From: Lentisphaeria bacterium
GTDB lineage: Bacteria > Verrucomicrobiota > Lentisphaeria > Victivallales > Victivallaceae
DNA: 60,603 bases
Assembly: GCA_017443585.1 (NCBI GenBank)
Contig: JAFSYV010000225.1
Span: 1-60,603 of the forward strand
Direction of reading: 5' to 3'
This document shows, one piece after another, positions 58,801-60,603 of this stretch. Numbering within the stretch: the first letter of the stretch is position 1; every line of letters begins with the position of its first letter. The translations under genes were made by a program, and so were the position numbers. The notes under the pieces were generated by a model that was given only the letters and a program-made list of their open reading frames with translations, was not told where the DNA came from and ran no database searches.

Positions 58801-58828
58801 TTGACATTTTCCGAATGGTGTGTATATT
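58801..58828 (+). promoter_or_regulatory. sigma70-type promoter of the DUF1559 / beta-helix operon
   Basis: TTGACA, 16 nt, TATATT. Confidence 0.62.
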
Positions 58829-58899
58829 ATTTTGACACAGTGTAAAATATCGGTCGGAAGTACCGGAATCCCAAAATCAGGAACGGAGTCAGAGAGATC

Positions 58900-59676
58900 A
58901 TGAAAACCCGGTTCGCAGCTTCTTTTCGGTCCGCCGGAATGTTCACCCTCATCGAACTTCTGGTGGTCATCGCCATCATCGCCATCCTTGCTTCCATGCT
59001 TCTGCCCGCATTGCAGCAGGCCCGGGACCGGGCCAAGACCACGACCTGCATCAACAACTTCGGGCAGATCGGCAAGGCCATGAGTTTCTACACCGACGAC
59101 AACGGGGGCTGGGTCATGCCCTACCGGGACGGGGGCAACTCCAGCACCTCCAAAAGGATGTTTTACGCCTTCGGCGAAGATTCCTTTTTTCACGGCTACA
59201 TTACCGTGGGGAAGAATGAGATCGTGGGCGGAGCCTACCGAACGGGGGGAAAACTCTACGTCCACAAACTGGCCTGCCCGGCACGGAGTTACTCCGACGC
59301 GGCGAAGCGTTTCTACGGTCTCGGCCGCAACGCCCACATCGGTGAAAAACGCAAATTGAACGAAGCCCGCAAGCCTTCCCGCAGTTTGTACGTCATGGAG
59401 CCGAATCAGGACAACTGTTCCGTCGGCTACTACGCCTACTCCTCCGGCAGCGGCCGCGTCGTTTTCCCCCACGCAAATCAGCAGATCGACGACGAGAAGG
59501 TCGCCGATGAATATTTCATGAACGGTCCGGGAGTGGGAACCAATCTTTTTGCCGACTTCCACGTGGCCGGGATCAGCCGGAACAAGTGTCCTTTCAAGTA
59601 CAGATTCCCCAACTCCGCCAACTGCACCTACTGGCAGTGGGTCCGTTCCAGTGACAGCTGGAACGACAACTGGTGA
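58900..59676 (+). CDS. prepilin-type N-terminal cleavage/methylation domain protein, DUF1559-like
   Basis: 258 aa. [30 protein letters not shown]. Confidence 0.9.
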   Translation: MKTRFAASFRSAGMFTLIELLVVIAIIAILASMLLPALQQARDRAKTTTCINNFGQIGKAMSFYTDDNGGWVMPYRDGGNSSTSKRMFYAFGEDSFFHGYITVGKNEIVGGAYRTGGKLYVHKLACPARSYSDAAKRFYGLGRNAHIGEKRKLNEARKPSRSLYVMEPNQDNCSVGYYAYSSGSGRVVFPHANQQIDDEKVADEYFMNGPGVGTNLFADFHVAGISRNKCPFKYRFPNSANCTYWQWVRSSDSWNDNW

Positions 59677-59727
59677 GCACACGACCTTGATATGAACACA
59701 ACACCCCAAACAAGGAATGTTCCGACC

Positions 59728-60603
59728 ATGAAAAAGCTTCTTCTCGTATTGAGTGCGGGCGCCGCGCTGACTGCGCAGGCGGCGAACTACTATGTTTCCC
59801 CCCTCGGAAAAGACACAAATCCCGGAACGACTCCGGAAAAGCCTCTGAAGACGATCCAGCGGGCGCTGCTGAAGGCCGTTTCGGGCGACACCGTGTACCT
59901 GAAAGGCGGCATCTATCACGAACAGGTGAGCCGGGAATGGCCGAAGGACAATCCGAAGCCCGTCACCGTCAAGGCGAGCCCCGACGAGACCCCCGTCATC
60001 ACCTTCGGCTGGCGGATCAGGGGATGGAAAAAAGGTCCCGGCCGGCTCTTTTCGGCGCCGTGTCCCTACGCCGTCCGGGACCTTTGGCAGCAGATCACCC
60101 TCGACCGCTATCTCAAGGTTGATTCCCTCGCTCTGGCGCGGAAACAGCCCGGCGGTTTCTATCAGCGGCCCGAAGACGGGATGCTCTTCGTCAATCCCCT
60201 TGCGGGTTCCTGGCACGACGACCCGGAAAAGGCCGGCTTCACCGTTGTTCCCTACAACGACGGCAGAGGACCTGCGGCCTTCGACAGCAAACGGCCCCTT
60301 GTCTTCCGGGGCGGCATGGGCCTCGTGGGGAAGAATCTTCATATCGACGGGCTCAATTTCGCCTTCCACGCGCAGGGAGGGTACTATATGCGGGGCCGGA
60401 AGAAGGACAGCTTCTACGGTTCGGGCAGCGTCCGCAACTGTACCGCCGTGGGGACCACCTGCGGCTTCCAGCTGAACTGGGTGCTGGACGGCGTCGTCAT
60501 CGAAAACTGCCGTGCCATCCGGAACTCCGGCGCGGGGATCCAGCTGGGCAGCTACATCAAAAACATCAAGGTCCGCAACAATTTCCTGCTGGACAACAGC
60601 AAC
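59728..60603 (+). CDS. secreted right-handed parallel beta-helix (pectate-lyase-fold) protein, partial (runs off the right edge)
   Basis: Absent from the ORF track because no stop lies in the window. My translation from the ATG at 59728 gives MKKLLLVLSAGAALTAQAANYYVSPLGKDTNPGTTPEKPLKTIQRAL..GDTVYLKGGIY, the typical start of beta-helix/DUF1565-type proteins. The frame stays open for 292 codons to the edge. Confidence 0.72.
   Translation, partial: MKKLLLVLSAGAALTAQAANYYVSPLGKDTNPGTTPEKPLKTIQRALLKAVSGDTVYLKGGIYHEQVSREWPKDNPKPVTVKASPDETPVITFGWRIRGWKKGPGRLFSAPCPYAVRDLWQQITLDRYLKVDSLALARKQPGGFYQRPEDGMLFVNPLAGSWHDDPEKAGFTVVPYNDGRGPAAFDSKRPLVFRGGMGLVGKNLHIDGLNFAFHAQGGYYMRGRKKDSFYGSGSVRNCTAVGTTCGFQLNWVLDGVVIENCRAIRNSGAGIQLGSYIKNIKVRNNFLLDNSN

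Overview
High-GC chromosomal segment, about 60% GC by eye, densely coded on both strands. It carries three prepilin-type/DUF1559 (H-X9-DG) pseudopilin-like genes and many secreted glycan-enzyme-like genes, so my guess is a PVC-superphylum genome (Lentisphaerota/Verrucomicrobiota-like). That guess is inference only. I call about 47 protein-coding loci (45 CDS, 1 pseudogene, 1 weak small ORF). Two of the CDS are edge-truncated and missing from the ORF track. I also call 2 tRNAs, Ser-GGA and Leu-TAG. About 20 sigma70-type promoters share a nearly invariant layout: TTGaca-like -35, 16-17 bp spacer, TATATT-like -10, often preceded by GTGC. Main gene content: (1) a LacI/SIS/hypothetical operon followed by a separately promoted DUF4874-like gene. 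(2) A DUF2162 / MotA-ExbB-like / DUF2149 / CobN-like (HmuS-like) operon. (3) Four DUF4838-like secreted paralogs plus a 1172-aa relative, all sharing a CxCxxC motif. (4) An FTR-like/thioredoxin/amidohydrolase operon. (5) An ECF sigma factor coupled to a frameshifted Ser/Thr kinase. (6) A PHP / histidine-phosphatase / metallophosphoesterase operon. (7) An Fe-S aldo-keto reductase + SWIM + MoxR-like AAA + VWA/HExxH operon. (8) A C45 / GATase2-like / EEP enzyme run. (9) A hybrid histidine kinase. (10) Two ArnT/GT39-like membrane glycosyltransferases followed by a methyltransferase, dut and tRNA-Leu. The least explained parts are non-coding. First, a family of composite palindromic elements with three copies at 12348-12508, 23916-24268 and 29856-30111; two or three of them carry copy-specific 7-10 bp tandem repeats. 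Second, an AT-rich islet downstream of tRNA-Ser, bounded by 55-bp direct repeats. Third, arrays of a GCTTCAY heptamer phased at about 21 bp flanking that islet. I found no CRISPR array, rRNA, transposase or integrase. All family assignments come from motif recognition by eye, not from searches.
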